A stretch of DNA of 33,765 nt from Candidatus Methylomirabilia bacterium (GTDB lineage: Bacteria; Methylomirabilota; Methylomirabilia; Rokubacteriales; CSP1-6). Position numbers and translations under genes: made by a program. Below, piece after piece: positions 1 through 9,087 of the stretch (the stretch's first letter is position 1; every line of letters starts with the position of its first letter). Under the pieces are notes generated by a model. The model saw nothing but the letters and a program-made list of their open reading frames with translations. It had not been told where the DNA came from and ran no database searches. Location: assembly GCA_041492755.1 (NCBI GenBank), contig JBGPXN010000036.1:1-33765 (forward strand). The letters run 5' to 3'.

Positions 1-190
1 GGCCGAGAAGGGTCGTGAGGAACAGCAGCGTGGGAAAGAGCGCGAAGATGAAGTAGTACGAGAGGGCGGCGGCGCGGTCGGCGATCTCGTCTTCGCCGAT
101 CTGGTCCCACACCCGACGCGCCAGCCCGCTGATGCCGAGGCCGCCCAGGCGCCACGGCGACGCGCGCAGTGGCACCGCCTCGGGAGTCAT
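1..190 (-). CDS. YihY/virulence factor BrkB family membrane protein, N-terminal part (runs off the window)
   Basis: Manual translation from ATG at 190: [63 protein letters not shown]; the D..AAAL(S/A)YY..FALFP.LL pattern is typical of YihY N-termini. Not in the ORF track. Confidence 0.85.
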   Translation of the reverse strand, partial: MTPEAVPLRASPWRLGGLGISGLARRVWDQIGEDEIADRAAALSYYFIFALFPTLLFLTTLLG

Positions 191-230
191 CGCCCTCAGG
201 ACCTCATGGCTGACCGCCATCAGTATCGAT

Positions 231-273
231 TGATTCAAGCGAAGTGCCAGCGTGATCCAAGCGAAGTGCCAGC
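231..273. repeat. Tandem 21-bp direct repeat (period 22) in the divergent yihY/trpB2 promoter region
   Basis: tgattcaagcgaagtgccagc (231-251) and tgatccaagcgaagtgccagc (253-273), 1 mismatch. Confidence 0.9.
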
Positions 274-278
274 CCCGG

Positions 279-308
279 TTGACAGCGTCGCGGCACGATC
301 GGTATGGT
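279..308 (+). promoter_or_regulatory. Sigma70-type promoter for trpB2
   Basis: TTGACA (279-284), 18-nt spacer, TATGGT (303-308); SD aaggagg at 347-353 before ATG 359. Confidence 0.65.
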
Positions 309-358
309 TAGCGGACGTTCCCGCCCGAGTCTGCTGCGATGGGCCGAAGGAGGCCGGC

Positions 359-1738
359 ATGGCGACCGCGTCCGACCGCAACCGGGTCAAGTACCTCCTC
401 GACGAACGCGAGATCCCGACCAAGTGGTACAACATCATCGCCGACCTCAAGACGCCGCCCGCGCCCGTGCTGCATCCGGCGACCGGGAATCCCATCGGAC
501 CCGCGGATCTCGCGCCCCTCTTTCCGATGGAGCTGATCAAGCAAGAGGTCAGCGGCCAGCGCTGGATCGAGATCCCGGACGAGGTGCGCAACGTGCTGCG
601 GCTGTGGCGCCCGTCGCCGCTCTATCGCGCGCGGCGGCTGGAGAAGGCGCTCGGCACGCCCGCCCACATTTACTACAAGTACGAGGGCGTGAGTCCGGCC
701 GGCAGCCACAAGCCCAACACCGCCGTCGCCCAGGCGTATTACAACAAGAAGGCAGGGGTCACCCGTCTGAGCACCGAGACCGGCGCCGGCCAGTGGGGCT
801 CGGCCCTCGCCATGGCGTGCAGCCTCTTCGGCCTGCAGTGCAAGGTGTACATGGTCAAGGTCTCGTATCAGCAGAAGCCGTACCGCCGCGTGATGATGGA
901 GACGTGGGGCGCGCAGGTCGTGGCCAGCCCCAGCCCGGACACGCAGTCGGGAAAGAAGGTCCTCGAGGGGGATCCGGACTCGCCGGGCAGCCTCGGCATC
1001 GCCATCAGCGAAGCGGTCGAGGACGCCGCCACCCGCGACGACACCAAGTACGCGCTCGGCAGCGTGCTCAACCACGTCCTCATGCACCAGACGATCATCG
1101 GGCAGGAAGCGAAGAAGCAGCTCGCCAAGGCGGACGACGAGGCGGACATCGTCATCGCCTGCGCCGGGGGCGGCTCCAACTTCGCCGGCCTCTCCTTCCC
1201 GTTCGTGGCCGACAAGCTGACCGGCAAGAGAAAGAAGCTGCGAATCATCGCGGTGGAGCCGGCCGCCTGCCCGAGCCTCACGCGCGGCAAGTACGTCTAC
1301 GACTTCGGTGACACCATCGGCCTGACCCCGCTGGTGAAGATGCACACCCTCGGACACGGCTTCATTCCGCCCCCGCTGCACGCGGGTGGTCTCCGCTATC
1401 ACGGCATGGCGCCGCTGGTGTGCAAGCTGTTCGACGAAGGCGTCATCGAGGCCACGGCGGTGCCGCAGGTCGCGACGTTCGAGGCGGCCCTGCAGTTCGC
1501 GCGGACGGAGGCCATCATCCCCGCCCCCGAGGCGGCGCACGCCATCCGGGTGGTCATCGACGAAGCGCTGCGCTGCAAGCGCGAGGGCAAGCGCCAGACG
1601 ATCGTCTTCAATCTGTCCGGTCACGGGCACTTCGACCTCGGCGCCTACGAAGCGTTCCTCGCCGGCCGGCTGCAAGATTTCGAGTACCCCGCGGAGAAGA
1701 TCGCAGAGGCGCTGCGGGGCGTGCCCCAGGTCAAGTAG
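359..1738 (+). CDS. trpB2: Tryptophan synthase beta chain, stand-alone TrpB2 type (PLP-dependent)
   Basis: [18 protein letters not shown] (PLP lysine), [37 protein letters not shown]; start moved to ATG 359 behind a strong SD; no trpA in the window. Confidence 0.95.
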   Translation: MATASDRNRVKYLLDEREIPTKWYNIIADLKTPPAPVLHPATGNPIGPADLAPLFPMELIKQEVSGQRWIEIPDEVRNVLRLWRPSPLYRARRLEKALGTPAHIYYKYEGVSPAGSHKPNTAVAQAYYNKKAGVTRLSTETGAGQWGSALAMACSLFGLQCKVYMVKVSYQQKPYRRVMMETWGAQVVASPSPDTQSGKKVLEGDPDSPGSLGIAISEAVEDAATRDDTKYALGSVLNHVLMHQTIIGQEAKKQLAKADDEADIVIACAGGGSNFAGLSFPFVADKLTGKRKKLRIIAVEPAACPSLTRGKYVYDFGDTIGLTPLVKMHTLGHGFIPPPLHAGGLRYHGMAPLVCKLFDEGVIEATAVPQVATFEAALQFARTEAIIPAPEAAHAIRVVIDEALRCKREGKRQTIVFNLSGHGHFDLGAYEAFLAGRLQDFEYPAEKIAEALRGVPQVK

Positions 1739-2407
1739 CTCGTCCACGCGCAGCGCCTGCTCCTCGACAGCCTGGGCGTGCAGCATCTGGTCGCCGTCGC
1801 GGGGCCATCGTTCGGCGGCTACCAGGCGTTCCAGTGGGCGGTGACGTACCCGGCCTACATGGATGGGATCGTCCCGGTGGTGACGGCGCCCAAGAGCTCG
1901 GGTGGCGACGAAATCCTGAAACGGACGCTCGAGCGCTTCGCCACGGATCCGAGCTGGAACGGCGGCTGGCACTACGACCGCGGGGGCATCCCGGCCACCA
2001 TGACGGAGATGCGCGCGGAGACGCTGAAGCGTTACGGCCGGGACGAGATCCTCGCGACCACCATCGCCGATCCCGCCGTGCGCGACGCCCGCATCCGCGC
2101 GATGGCCGAGGCCTGGGCGCGCGAGTTCGACCCGAACTCGATGGTGGTGTTGCGGAAGGCCGCCAACCGCTTCGACGTCGAGGCCGATCTCGCGAAGATC
2201 CGCGCGCGCGTGCTCTACGTGCTGGCGCGCACCGACAAGCTCTTCCCGCCCTCCCTGGCGCCCGCGGTCATGGACAAGCTCCGCGCGGCGGGCGTGGACG
2301 CCGAGTACGTCGAGATCGACACCGAGTTCGGCCACTCCGCGAGCGGAGTGGACTGGGCGAAGTGGGCGCCGGCGCTGGCCGGATTCCTGGCGAAGCTGGA
2401 GCGCTGA
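1739..2407 (+). pseudogene. Homoserine O-acetyltransferase (MetX)-like alpha/beta hydrolase, C-terminal portion only
   Basis: LVHAQRLLLDSLGVQHLVAVAGPSFGGYQAFQWAVTYP (GxSxGG nucleophile elbow), D.LFP and GH catalytic motifs; begins immediately after the trpB2 TAG in the same frame; the N-terminal part of the fold and an RBS are absent. Confidence 0.7.
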
Positions 2408-3274
2408 TCAGGTCGGGAGACCGAACAGCGAGGTGACGCGTTCGCGGTCGACCATCGTGGCCATCTCCTCGTCCGCGGGACGGCGCTCGAAGCGGCTGGC
2501 GGCGTCGAGGAATTTCGGGAGCAGCGTGAGGTCGCCGGCCGTGTTGAGGAAGGCGCCAGGAACACCGAGCGCCCAGTGCACGGCGCGGTCGACGTCGATC
2601 TGCTCCTCGAGTGGCTGATACCACGTGGTGCGCGTCCGGTCGGTGGTGGCCCAGGGCCCGCGGGCGATCGACTTGATGACCTGGACGGCCACGTTCCGCT
2701 CGCGGCAGATGTCCAGCACCTCCTCGAAGCTCCGCCGATAGCGCTCGCTCTGGGCCATGAAGAAGTTGTACGGCAGCAGCACCGCGTCGAAGTCGAAGCG
2801 CGCCAGGCTCCGCTTATGCATGGCCGCGATGGCCCAGCCGTGACCGGTCACGCCGATGAAGCGCGCCAGCCCCTGCGCGCGCGCCTCGACGGCCGCCTCC
2901 AGCGCGCCCCCGGGACCCATCGCCTGGTCCCAGTCGTCGGGGTGCCCGAGCGAGTGCAGCTGAATCAGGTCGACGTGATCGACGCGGAGGCGCTCGAGCG
3001 AGCGATGGATGCTCTCGCGGGCCGCGCTGGCGGTGCGCTCGCCGGTCTTGGTGGCCAGGAAGAAGTCCTTGCGGTGCCGGGCCATCCACGGGGCGATGCG
3101 TAGCTCGGAGTCGCCATACCGCGCGGCGGTATCGATGTGGTTGACACCGTAGCGGAGCAGGACTTCGAGCGCGCGATCGGCCTCGGCCTGGTTCGCGCGA
3201 GCCAGCGCGGCGGCACCGAACAGCGTCGCCGTGCTCATGTGACCGGACCTCCCGAACCGTCGTCGTTCGATCAT
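2408..3274 (-). CDS. Aldo/keto reductase
   Basis: [41 protein letters not shown] motifs. Confidence 0.92.
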   Translation of the reverse strand: MIERRRFGRSGHMSTATLFGAAALARANQAEADRALEVLLRYGVNHIDTAARYGDSELRIAPWMARHRKDFFLATKTGERTASAARESIHRSLERLRVDHVDLIQLHSLGHPDDWDQAMGPGGALEAAVEARAQGLARFIGVTGHGWAIAAMHKRSLARFDFDAVLLPYNFFMAQSERYRRSFEEVLDICRERNVAVQVIKSIARGPWATTDRTRTTWYQPLEEQIDVDRAVHWALGVPGAFLNTAGDLTLLPKFLDAASRFERRPADEEMATMVDRERVTSLFGLPT

Positions 3275-3280
3275 GCGCGG

Positions 3281-3286
3281 ATTCTA
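3281..3286 (-). promoter_or_regulatory. -10 box (TAGAAT) 6 nt before the AKR ATG; leaderless-type promoter
   Basis: Minus strand ggTAGAATccgcgcATG; no SD. Confidence 0.55.
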
Positions 3287-3562
3287 CCTCCAGAACTCCA
3301 CGTTGCCGAAGCGCGTCGAGCCCTTCACCGTTCCGGTCGCTGGCTGCACGACCGCGAACGGCAGCGCAGATCCCGCCACCCGCGCGTCCAGGGCGGCCTC
3401 GACCCATTGGACCATCGCGGCCTGGCTGTCGGGCACGAACGTCCAGCCGAACGTCGCCCTCGGCCCCATCGCGACGGCCAGCAGCGGCTCGACATGGTGC
3501 AGGGCGAGCGGTTCGAGCCGCACGTACCGACCGTCGAGGACGACGGGAGTCAGCGTCCTCAT
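3284..3562 (-). pseudogene. RimJ/RimL-type GNAT N-acetyltransferase, N-terminal half (92 aa, truncated)
   Basis: MRTLTPVVLDGRYVRLEPL...LPFAVV...GSTRFGNVEFWR*; ATG 3562 overlaps the decarboxylase stop (ATGA); stops before the EIGxTW/acetyl-CoA-binding half. Confidence 0.7.
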
Positions 3563-5028
3563 CGCCGGGCCTCCGCCGTCAATCGCCGGCCGGCATCGTG
3601 AACCGTGTCGACGAGCACGGCGAGATCGGCCTCGGTGGTCGCGTAGTGCAGGACGCAGGCTCGCAGCGCAAACCGACCGCGCAGCACGGTACCGGTGAGG
3701 AAGGCATGGCCCTCGGCCTGCACGGTCTCGACGATACGCGTGTTCAATGTGTCCAGATCGGCCTCGCTCCACGCCGCATCGGGAACGAAGCGGAAACAGA
3801 CGACGGACAGCGGAACCGGGGCCACCAGCTCGAGACGTGACGACTGCTCGACCAGCTCCGCGAGGCGCGCGGCGAGCCGGCGATGCTGCGCGACCAGCGC
3901 CTCCACGCCTTCACGCCCCAGCTGCTCCAGCGTCATCCAGAGCTTGAGCGCGCGGAAGCCGCGCGTCTGCTGAAAGCCGTACTCCGAGTACCAGGGCAGG
4001 CCGCCGAATCCCTTGCCTTCTTCCGTCCGGAGATAGGGCGGGACGAAGCTGAAGGTCTGGCGGAGCAACTCGCCGTCGCGGACGAGCGCGCAGCCGCACT
4101 CCACGGGGACGGACAGCCACTTGTGGGGATCGAGGGCCAGGGAGTCGGCGCGCTCGAGGCCGCGATAGGCGTCGCGCATGCTCCGGTCCGCGGCGCCGAA
4201 CGCGCCGTACGCGCCGTCGACGTGCAGCCACAATCCTTCCGCCGCGCAGAAGTCGGCGAGCGCCGCGAGCGGATCGATCGCCCCGGTGCTGACGGTGCCG
4301 GCGCTCGCGGCCACGCAGAACGGCCGGCGGCCGGCGACCCGATCCGTCTCGACCGCGACGGCGAGCGCCGCGACGTCGAACCGGAACTCCGCGTCGGTCG
4401 GCACCACCCTGACGGCGTCGCCGCCGAGCCCGAGCACCTCGGCCGCCTTCCGCATGCAGCCGTGGCCCTGGTCGGAGGTGTAGAGCACGAGCGCCGGTCC
4501 CCGTCCCTGGAGCCCGCGGGCCCGGACATCCCAGCCGTCGGCGGCCGTCGCGCGCTGGCGCGCCGCGGCCAGGCACGTGAGGGAGGCCATCGAGCCGCCG
4601 CTCACGAGCAGTCCCATGCTCGCCGTCGTCGGAAAGCCGACCAGCTCCATCAGCCAGCGCACGACCCGACGCTCCAGGTAGATCGCCGCGTGGTCGCCGC
4701 CCGCGCAGCTCGGATTCATGGCGGCGGCCAGGAGCTCGCCGAGGATGCCGAGGGGTGCCGGTGGCGAGTTGACCCAGCCGAAGAACCGCGGATGACCGTT
4801 GCCCATCGGGTGGGGCAAGATCTCGCGCGCGACGGCGGCGAGAATGTCGTCGGGCGAACGGCCGCGCTCGGGCAGTGCTCCGGCCAGCAGCGACCGGCGC
4901 GTCTCGGGCGACATCGGAGTGAAGACCTCGCGGCCGGGAAGGCCGTCGAGATAGTCGGCGACGAGATCGACCGCTCGATGCCCGAGACGACGGAAGTCTT
5001 CGACCGGCAGCGACAGGGGGTTCGTCAT
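3559..5028 (-). CDS. Group II PLP-dependent (aromatic-L-amino-acid/DABA-type) decarboxylase
   Basis: HPRFFGW, GLLVSGGSMA, SAGTVSTGAIDPL, WLHVDGAYG, DPHKWL, RGFRALKLW; ATG 5028 overlaps the regulator stop. Confidence 0.92.
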   Translation of the reverse strand: MTNPLSLPVEDFRRLGHRAVDLVADYLDGLPGREVFTPMSPETRRSLLAGALPERGRSPDDILAAVAREILPHPMGNGHPRFFGWVNSPPAPLGILGELLAAAMNPSCAGGDHAAIYLERRVVRWLMELVGFPTTASMGLLVSGGSMASLTCLAAARQRATAADGWDVRARGLQGRGPALVLYTSDQGHGCMRKAAEVLGLGGDAVRVVPTDAEFRFDVAALAVAVETDRVAGRRPFCVAASAGTVSTGAIDPLAALADFCAAEGLWLHVDGAYGAFGAADRSMRDAYRGLERADSLALDPHKWLSVPVECGCALVRDGELLRQTFSFVPPYLRTEEGKGFGGLPWYSEYGFQQTRGFRALKLWMTLEQLGREGVEALVAQHRRLAARLAELVEQSSRLELVAPVPLSVVCFRFVPDAAWSEADLDTLNTRIVETVQAEGHAFLTGTVLRGRFALRACVLHYATTEADLAVLVDTVHDAGRRLTAEARR

Positions 5029-5669
5029 CGGCGCCTCTTCTGCCTCGTCGGCGTCGAGCCGGTTCGGGTCGCGCGGCGAGAGCGCCGGGCCTCGCGGTGC
5101 CGCCCGAGCTCCATGGCGAGGTAATACACGCACGGCGCGCCGCCGAGGTTCGCGAAGCCGTGCCAGCAGTCCCCCGCGTAGTAGATACTGTCGCCCGGGC
5201 GCAGCGTGTGGGGGGTGCCGTCGAGGGTGAGACGCAGCGTGCCTCTCTCCATCGCGAGGTACTCGCGGGAGCCTGCCGCGTGCGGGGAGAACACGCCGGC
5301 GTCGACGTTGGCAGGGATCGAGGTCCGCATCAGCTCGAATTCAACCCCGGGCAAGACCGGCGACAGGACGACGCGCTCCCAGCCCGAGGGATCGTGAGCG
5401 ATGTCGTGCTCGCCGCGACGCAGGACCACCACCCGGGCCGACTGCTCCTCACCCAGAAGCCGGCCGATGCTGGTGCCCAGCCCGGTCGCGATGCGATCGA
5501 GAACCAGCACGGTCGGCACCTTGCCGCCGCGCTCGACGTCCGAGAGCATGCTGCGACTGACCGCGGCGACGGCGGCGAGCTCGTCCAGCGACAAGCCGCG
5601 CCGCCGTCGCTCCTCGCGGAGCCGGCGCCCGAGCTGTCCGATGTCGATCCGTCCCGCGCTCGGTGGCAC
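5025..5669 (-). CDS. XRE-family HTH transcriptional regulator with C-terminal cupin domain
   Basis: LGRRLREERRRRGLSLDELAAVAAVSRSMLSDVERG HTH; cupin H..GSREY...GDSIYY...H.F.N; start GTG 5669 inferred (ggag upstream). Confidence 0.88.
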   Translation of the reverse strand: MPPSAGRIDIGQLGRRLREERRRRGLSLDELAAVAAVSRSMLSDVERGGKVPTVLVLDRIATGLGTSIGRLLGEEQSARVVVLRRGEHDIAHDPSGWERVVLSPVLPGVEFELMRTSIPANVDAGVFSPHAAGSREYLAMERGTLRLTLDGTPHTLRPGDSIYYAGDCWHGFANLGGAPCVYYLAMELGRHREARRSRRATRTGSTPTRQKRRR

Positions 5670-5692
5670 GTCTCCGGGTTCCTCGATAGCGG

Positions 5693-5721
5693 AATATATC
5701 CTTTTTCGTGGATTCGAGCAA
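5693..5721 (-). promoter_or_regulatory. Sigma70-type promoter for the XRE-decarboxylase operon
   Basis: Minus strand TTGCTC (5721-5716), 17-nt spacer, TATATT (5698-5693) in a locally AT-rich patch. Confidence 0.55.
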
Positions 5722-5756
5722 GCGGGCCGTTTGCGTGTAGAGTCAGGCATGACACC

Positions 5757-6467
5757 ATGGACCTGCTCCGCCGCGCCCTCTTCCTTGCCCTCCTCGTGAT
5801 GGCCGCCGGCCCGACCGGAAGCGCCCCGGCCCAGCCACCGGCGGTGCCGCCGATCGAAGGCAACGTGTACTCCGTCATCTACGTCGAGGTCATGCCGGCG
5901 TCGATCTCGGAGAGCCTCGGCGCCCTCAAGCGGTATCGTGACGCCACCCGCAAGGAGGACGGAAATCTCCGGTCGGAGTTGCTCCAGCGCCTCGACGAGC
6001 GTCACCAGTTCGTGATCCTGGAGGTCTGGAAGGACCAAGCGGCGTTCCAGTCGCACGGCCGGGGCGCGGCCTCGACGGAGATGCGCGAGAAGATCGCGGC
6101 GATCCGCAACGCCCCGACCGACGAGCGGGTCCACGCGGGCCTGGCCGTCGGGCCGATCCCGGCGCCGGCCGCGGCCGGCGCGGTCTACGTCGTCACCCAC
6201 GTCGACGTCATCCCGCCGCGCAAGGACGACGGGATCGCCGCCGTCAAGCAGCTGGCCGACGACAGCCGCCGGGCCGACGGCAACCTGCGCTTCGAGGTCG
6301 TGCAGCAGGGCAACCGTCCGAACCACTTCACGGTGGTGGAGGTCTGGAAGGACGCGAAGGCGGTGGAGGCGCACTCCATGGCGGCGGCGACGCGCGGGTT
6401 CCGCGACAAGCTCGCGACGATGACGGGCGCGCTCTACGACGAGCGGAAGTACGCCCTGCGGGAGTAG
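5757..6467 (+). CDS. Exported protein with two antibiotic biosynthesis monooxygenase (ABM) domains
   Basis: Signal-peptide-like MDLLRRALFLALLVMAAG...APA; two repeats of GNLR.E..Q....HF...EVWKD..A...H. Confidence 0.85.
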   Translation: MDLLRRALFLALLVMAAGPTGSAPAQPPAVPPIEGNVYSVIYVEVMPASISESLGALKRYRDATRKEDGNLRSELLQRLDERHQFVILEVWKDQAAFQSHGRGAASTEMREKIAAIRNAPTDERVHAGLAVGPIPAPAAAGAVYVVTHVDVIPPRKDDGIAAVKQLADDSRRADGNLRFEVVQQGNRPNHFTVVEVWKDAKAVEAHSMAAATRGFRDKLATMTGALYDERKYALRE

Positions 6468-6497
6468 CGCGCGCGGGGGCCCCGAACGGGCCCGCGG

Positions 6498-7574
6498 TTA
6501 TGACGCGAGGATCCTGTCGTAGCGGCCGTAGTCCCGGGCGCAGTCCATGAACCACTTCACGCAATCCGGATCCGCCCGGGGCGGCAGCTCGCAGGACGTG
6601 GAGAGCACGAAGCGCGAACGCCGGCCCGCGGTGTCGATGCAGCGCTTCACTTCGGCCTCGATCTGTCCTTTGGTCGCGCGCTCGAAGATCGTCACGTCGA
6701 CGTTGCCGATGCCGACGACGTTGCGCTGGTTGCCGAGGGTCAGGAGCCGGTCGAGCTGGTCCACCTGCAGCGCGGGGTCGGACTGCTGGTCCAGGTCGAT
6801 CGTGATCGCCACGAACCCCACCTCGACCAGGTCTTCGTGGATCTGGTGCGTCGTCCCGCAGATGTGGACGGTCGTCCCCACCTTCTTGGCCCTGAAGTAG
6901 TTCACGAGGTCCTGGTGGTAGGGCTTGATGAACTCGCGATAGGTGTCCGGACCCACCAGTGAGCAGGACGCGGTGGGATCGGAGTAGCTGAGCCCGATCT
7001 TCGTCCCCAGCACGGCGTCGCCGAAGCGCTTGGCGTATTCGGTGCTGAAGCGCATGAGGTCGTGGACGAACTCCGGGTCGTCGATCGTGTCCAGGCACAT
7101 CACCTCGGGATTGCGCAGCAGCATCGCGATCGTCCACGGGCCCACGAGCACGGCGCCGAGACCGCTCGGCAGCTTCGCCGCCGACAGCGCCTCGCACTGC
7201 TCCAGGAATGCGGGCAGCCGTCCGTCACGCCGGGGATCGGGAATCTCCAGCCGGGCGAGCAGGCCCTTGTCGTCCTGCAGGATGTGACGGTCGATGGAGG
7301 GCACGACGTAGTCGGAGTACTTGACGTGGCAGCCGAGCGCCTCCACCTCCTTGGCGAGGTCGTTGAACGCCACCATGATGTCGGGCTGATAGCGCTCGTA
7401 GTAATTGAGCATCGCCTTGACCGCCTTCGTCGGATTCGTGCAGTACTCCTCGATGGTCAGGCCGTCGAGGCATCCGGCGAAAGACCCGGCGATGGGATAG
7501 GCCGGCACGGAGTCGGCATATCCGCCCTTGTAGGCTGCTACGACGCGGTCGCGTCCCGTCGTCTGGCTGCTCAT
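6498..7574 (-). CDS. Uroporphyrinogen decarboxylase / MtaA-CmuA cobalamin-dependent methyltransferase family protein
   Basis: EALGC, GPWT, DPTAS, HICG, GNVD, FVLSTSCE; SD aaggagg and -10 TAGAAT (7605-7600) upstream. Confidence 0.85.
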   Translation of the reverse strand: MSSQTTGRDRVVAAYKGGYADSVPAYPIAGSFAGCLDGLTIEEYCTNPTKAVKAMLNYYERYQPDIMVAFNDLAKEVEALGCHVKYSDYVVPSIDRHILQDDKGLLARLEIPDPRRDGRLPAFLEQCEALSAAKLPSGLGAVLVGPWTIAMLLRNPEVMCLDTIDDPEFVHDLMRFSTEYAKRFGDAVLGTKIGLSYSDPTASCSLVGPDTYREFIKPYHQDLVNYFRAKKVGTTVHICGTTHQIHEDLVEVGFVAITIDLDQQSDPALQVDQLDRLLTLGNQRNVVGIGNVDVTIFERATKGQIEAEVKRCIDTAGRRSRFVLSTSCELPPRADPDCVKWFMDCARDYGRYDRILAS

Positions 7575-7771
7575 GACGCCCTCCTTCAGCCGTTGCGCGA
7601 TTCTAGCACCGGGGGGAAGGCGTCCCGGGTGGTGTCGATCTCCGTGCAGTAGAATTCCGGGCGAGGCCTGTTGCCATCAACGGCGACCCAGGAACCACCC
7701 CAGGCAAAGGCGCGGCCAGCCCGCCGCCCGGATTCACCCGGCGACTGGCGCGAGCGCTGGTCTGTGCCGTC

Positions 7772-9040
7772 GTGGTGGCGGCGACGCCGGGCGCGGCGCT
7801 TGGCCAGGTGTTCGTCGCGTCCACGCCGCGCCCCGAATTCTCGATCGCCCCGCTGTTCCTGCTCTCGATCGTCCAGCCCGACCTGGGGCCGGTCACGGTG
7901 CAGCTCTCGTGGAGCCTCACGGCACCGGCCGGGCAGAACGTCGCCGACATCAAGCAGGACCTCTACCTGCTCTGGCCGGCGGAAATCGCCGAAGCGACGG
8001 CCGCCGGCCCCACCAACCCCACGCTCGCGCACTACGTGGAGGAGCGCGGCTTCTCCGTGATCGGCAGCGGGCAGCTCATGCTCCGGCGACGGGATCGCAT
8101 GCAGATCGGCACCCCCGAGCGGGGACGGCCGATCGAGACCACCGCATCCTTCGTCACCTTTACCCGGCGCGGCCCCACCGGCGTCGCCGGCGTCGGCAGC
8201 TACGTGAAGATCCCCTGGACGCCGGTGCTCGCCGACCCGCTTTCGGTGTTGACGCTGTCCATGCCGCTGCGCGGGCTCATCGGCCCCAAGCCGGCCACCG
8301 CCTTCGAAGAGTTCTTCTGGGGCCGCAAGTGGTTTCTGACCGTCGGCTTCGGTGACGTCGGATCGCTGGTGCTCCCCCTCTATCCCCTGTATTTCGAGCA
8401 TCGTGACCGCGTCGTGCGCCTCGGTCCGGATTTCTCGCTGGCCATCGTCAGCTTCGCCGAAGCCGAGCGCCTGCGGATCGAGGAGATCACGCCACCGGCG
8501 GCAACCCGGCGGCCCAGCCGGATCCGCGCCGGGAGCGAGACCATCTCGCTGGTGCTCAACGCGTCGGAAGGAACGACGCCGCAGCTCCTGAAGGTGCAGT
8601 TCAGCTACTTCACCGGCCCCATCGCGTGGCGGCCGATCCTCATCTCCGCCCTGTTCCTCCTCCTCGCCAACATCGGGGGCGCGATTTTCGTCGGGCGCGA
8701 CGTGGTCGGCATCATCCGTCGCCGGCGCACGGCGCGGAATGCGGCGGGCCCGTTGCCGCGGGAGCTGCTCGACCAGATCGTCCCCGGCGTCACCACCTAC
8801 GAGGACCTGGTGACGCTTTGCGGGCCGCCGGACGAGGAGCACGAGCACTTCGCGCCGAGCGTCCGGCGGACGCTCATCTATCGCGGCACGGGCCGCATCC
8901 CGGCCCCCGCCACCCGGCGACGCTGGGGCCGCGCGGCCGGCCACGGCCAGGTGGAGCACCACGAAGTCGCCATCGACGTCGACGGCGATCGCGTGCAGGC
9001 CGTGCAGTCGCGCGTGCGCCGCGTGCGCGCCACGTCCTGA
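7772..9040 (+). CDS. Hypothetical exported, membrane-anchored protein with a C-terminal small domain weakly resembling BamE/SmpA; true start probably upstream
   Basis: Strong GC3 codon pattern; TM segment ILISALFLLLANIGGAIFV; IVPGVTTYEDLVTLCGPP; the frame stays open upstream and reads like a signal peptide. Confidence 0.65.
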   Translation: MVAATPGAALGQVFVASTPRPEFSIAPLFLLSIVQPDLGPVTVQLSWSLTAPAGQNVADIKQDLYLLWPAEIAEATAAGPTNPTLAHYVEERGFSVIGSGQLMLRRRDRMQIGTPERGRPIETTASFVTFTRRGPTGVAGVGSYVKIPWTPVLADPLSVLTLSMPLRGLIGPKPATAFEEFFWGRKWFLTVGFGDVGSLVLPLYPLYFEHRDRVVRLGPDFSLAIVSFAEAERLRIEEITPPAATRRPSRIRAGSETISLVLNASEGTTPQLLKVQFSYFTGPIAWRPILISALFLLLANIGGAIFVGRDVVGIIRRRRTARNAAGPLPRELLDQIVPGVTTYEDLVTLCGPPDEEHEHFAPSVRRTLIYRGTGRIPAPATRRRWGRAAGHGQVEHHEVAIDVDGDRVQAVQSRVRRVRATS

Positions 9041-9087
9041 CGTAGAATCCGGCCGATCACGCCGGCAGAGTCCCGAAAGGAGCGCGC

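Noticed and set aside
206..358. 51-aa N-terminal extension of TrpB2 in the ORF track
   Set aside because: It spans the promoter and repeat region; the strong SD supports ATG 359. The extensions given for ORFs starting at 5097, 11119, 12120, 18072, 22563, 25203, 25391 and 29289 were trimmed for similar reasons.
1736..1738. Pyrrolysine or a recoded TAG as a genome-wide feature
   Set aside because: Many genes here end at TAG at their expected C-termini (pqqA, pqqE, PMM, VOC), and no pyl genes are in the window
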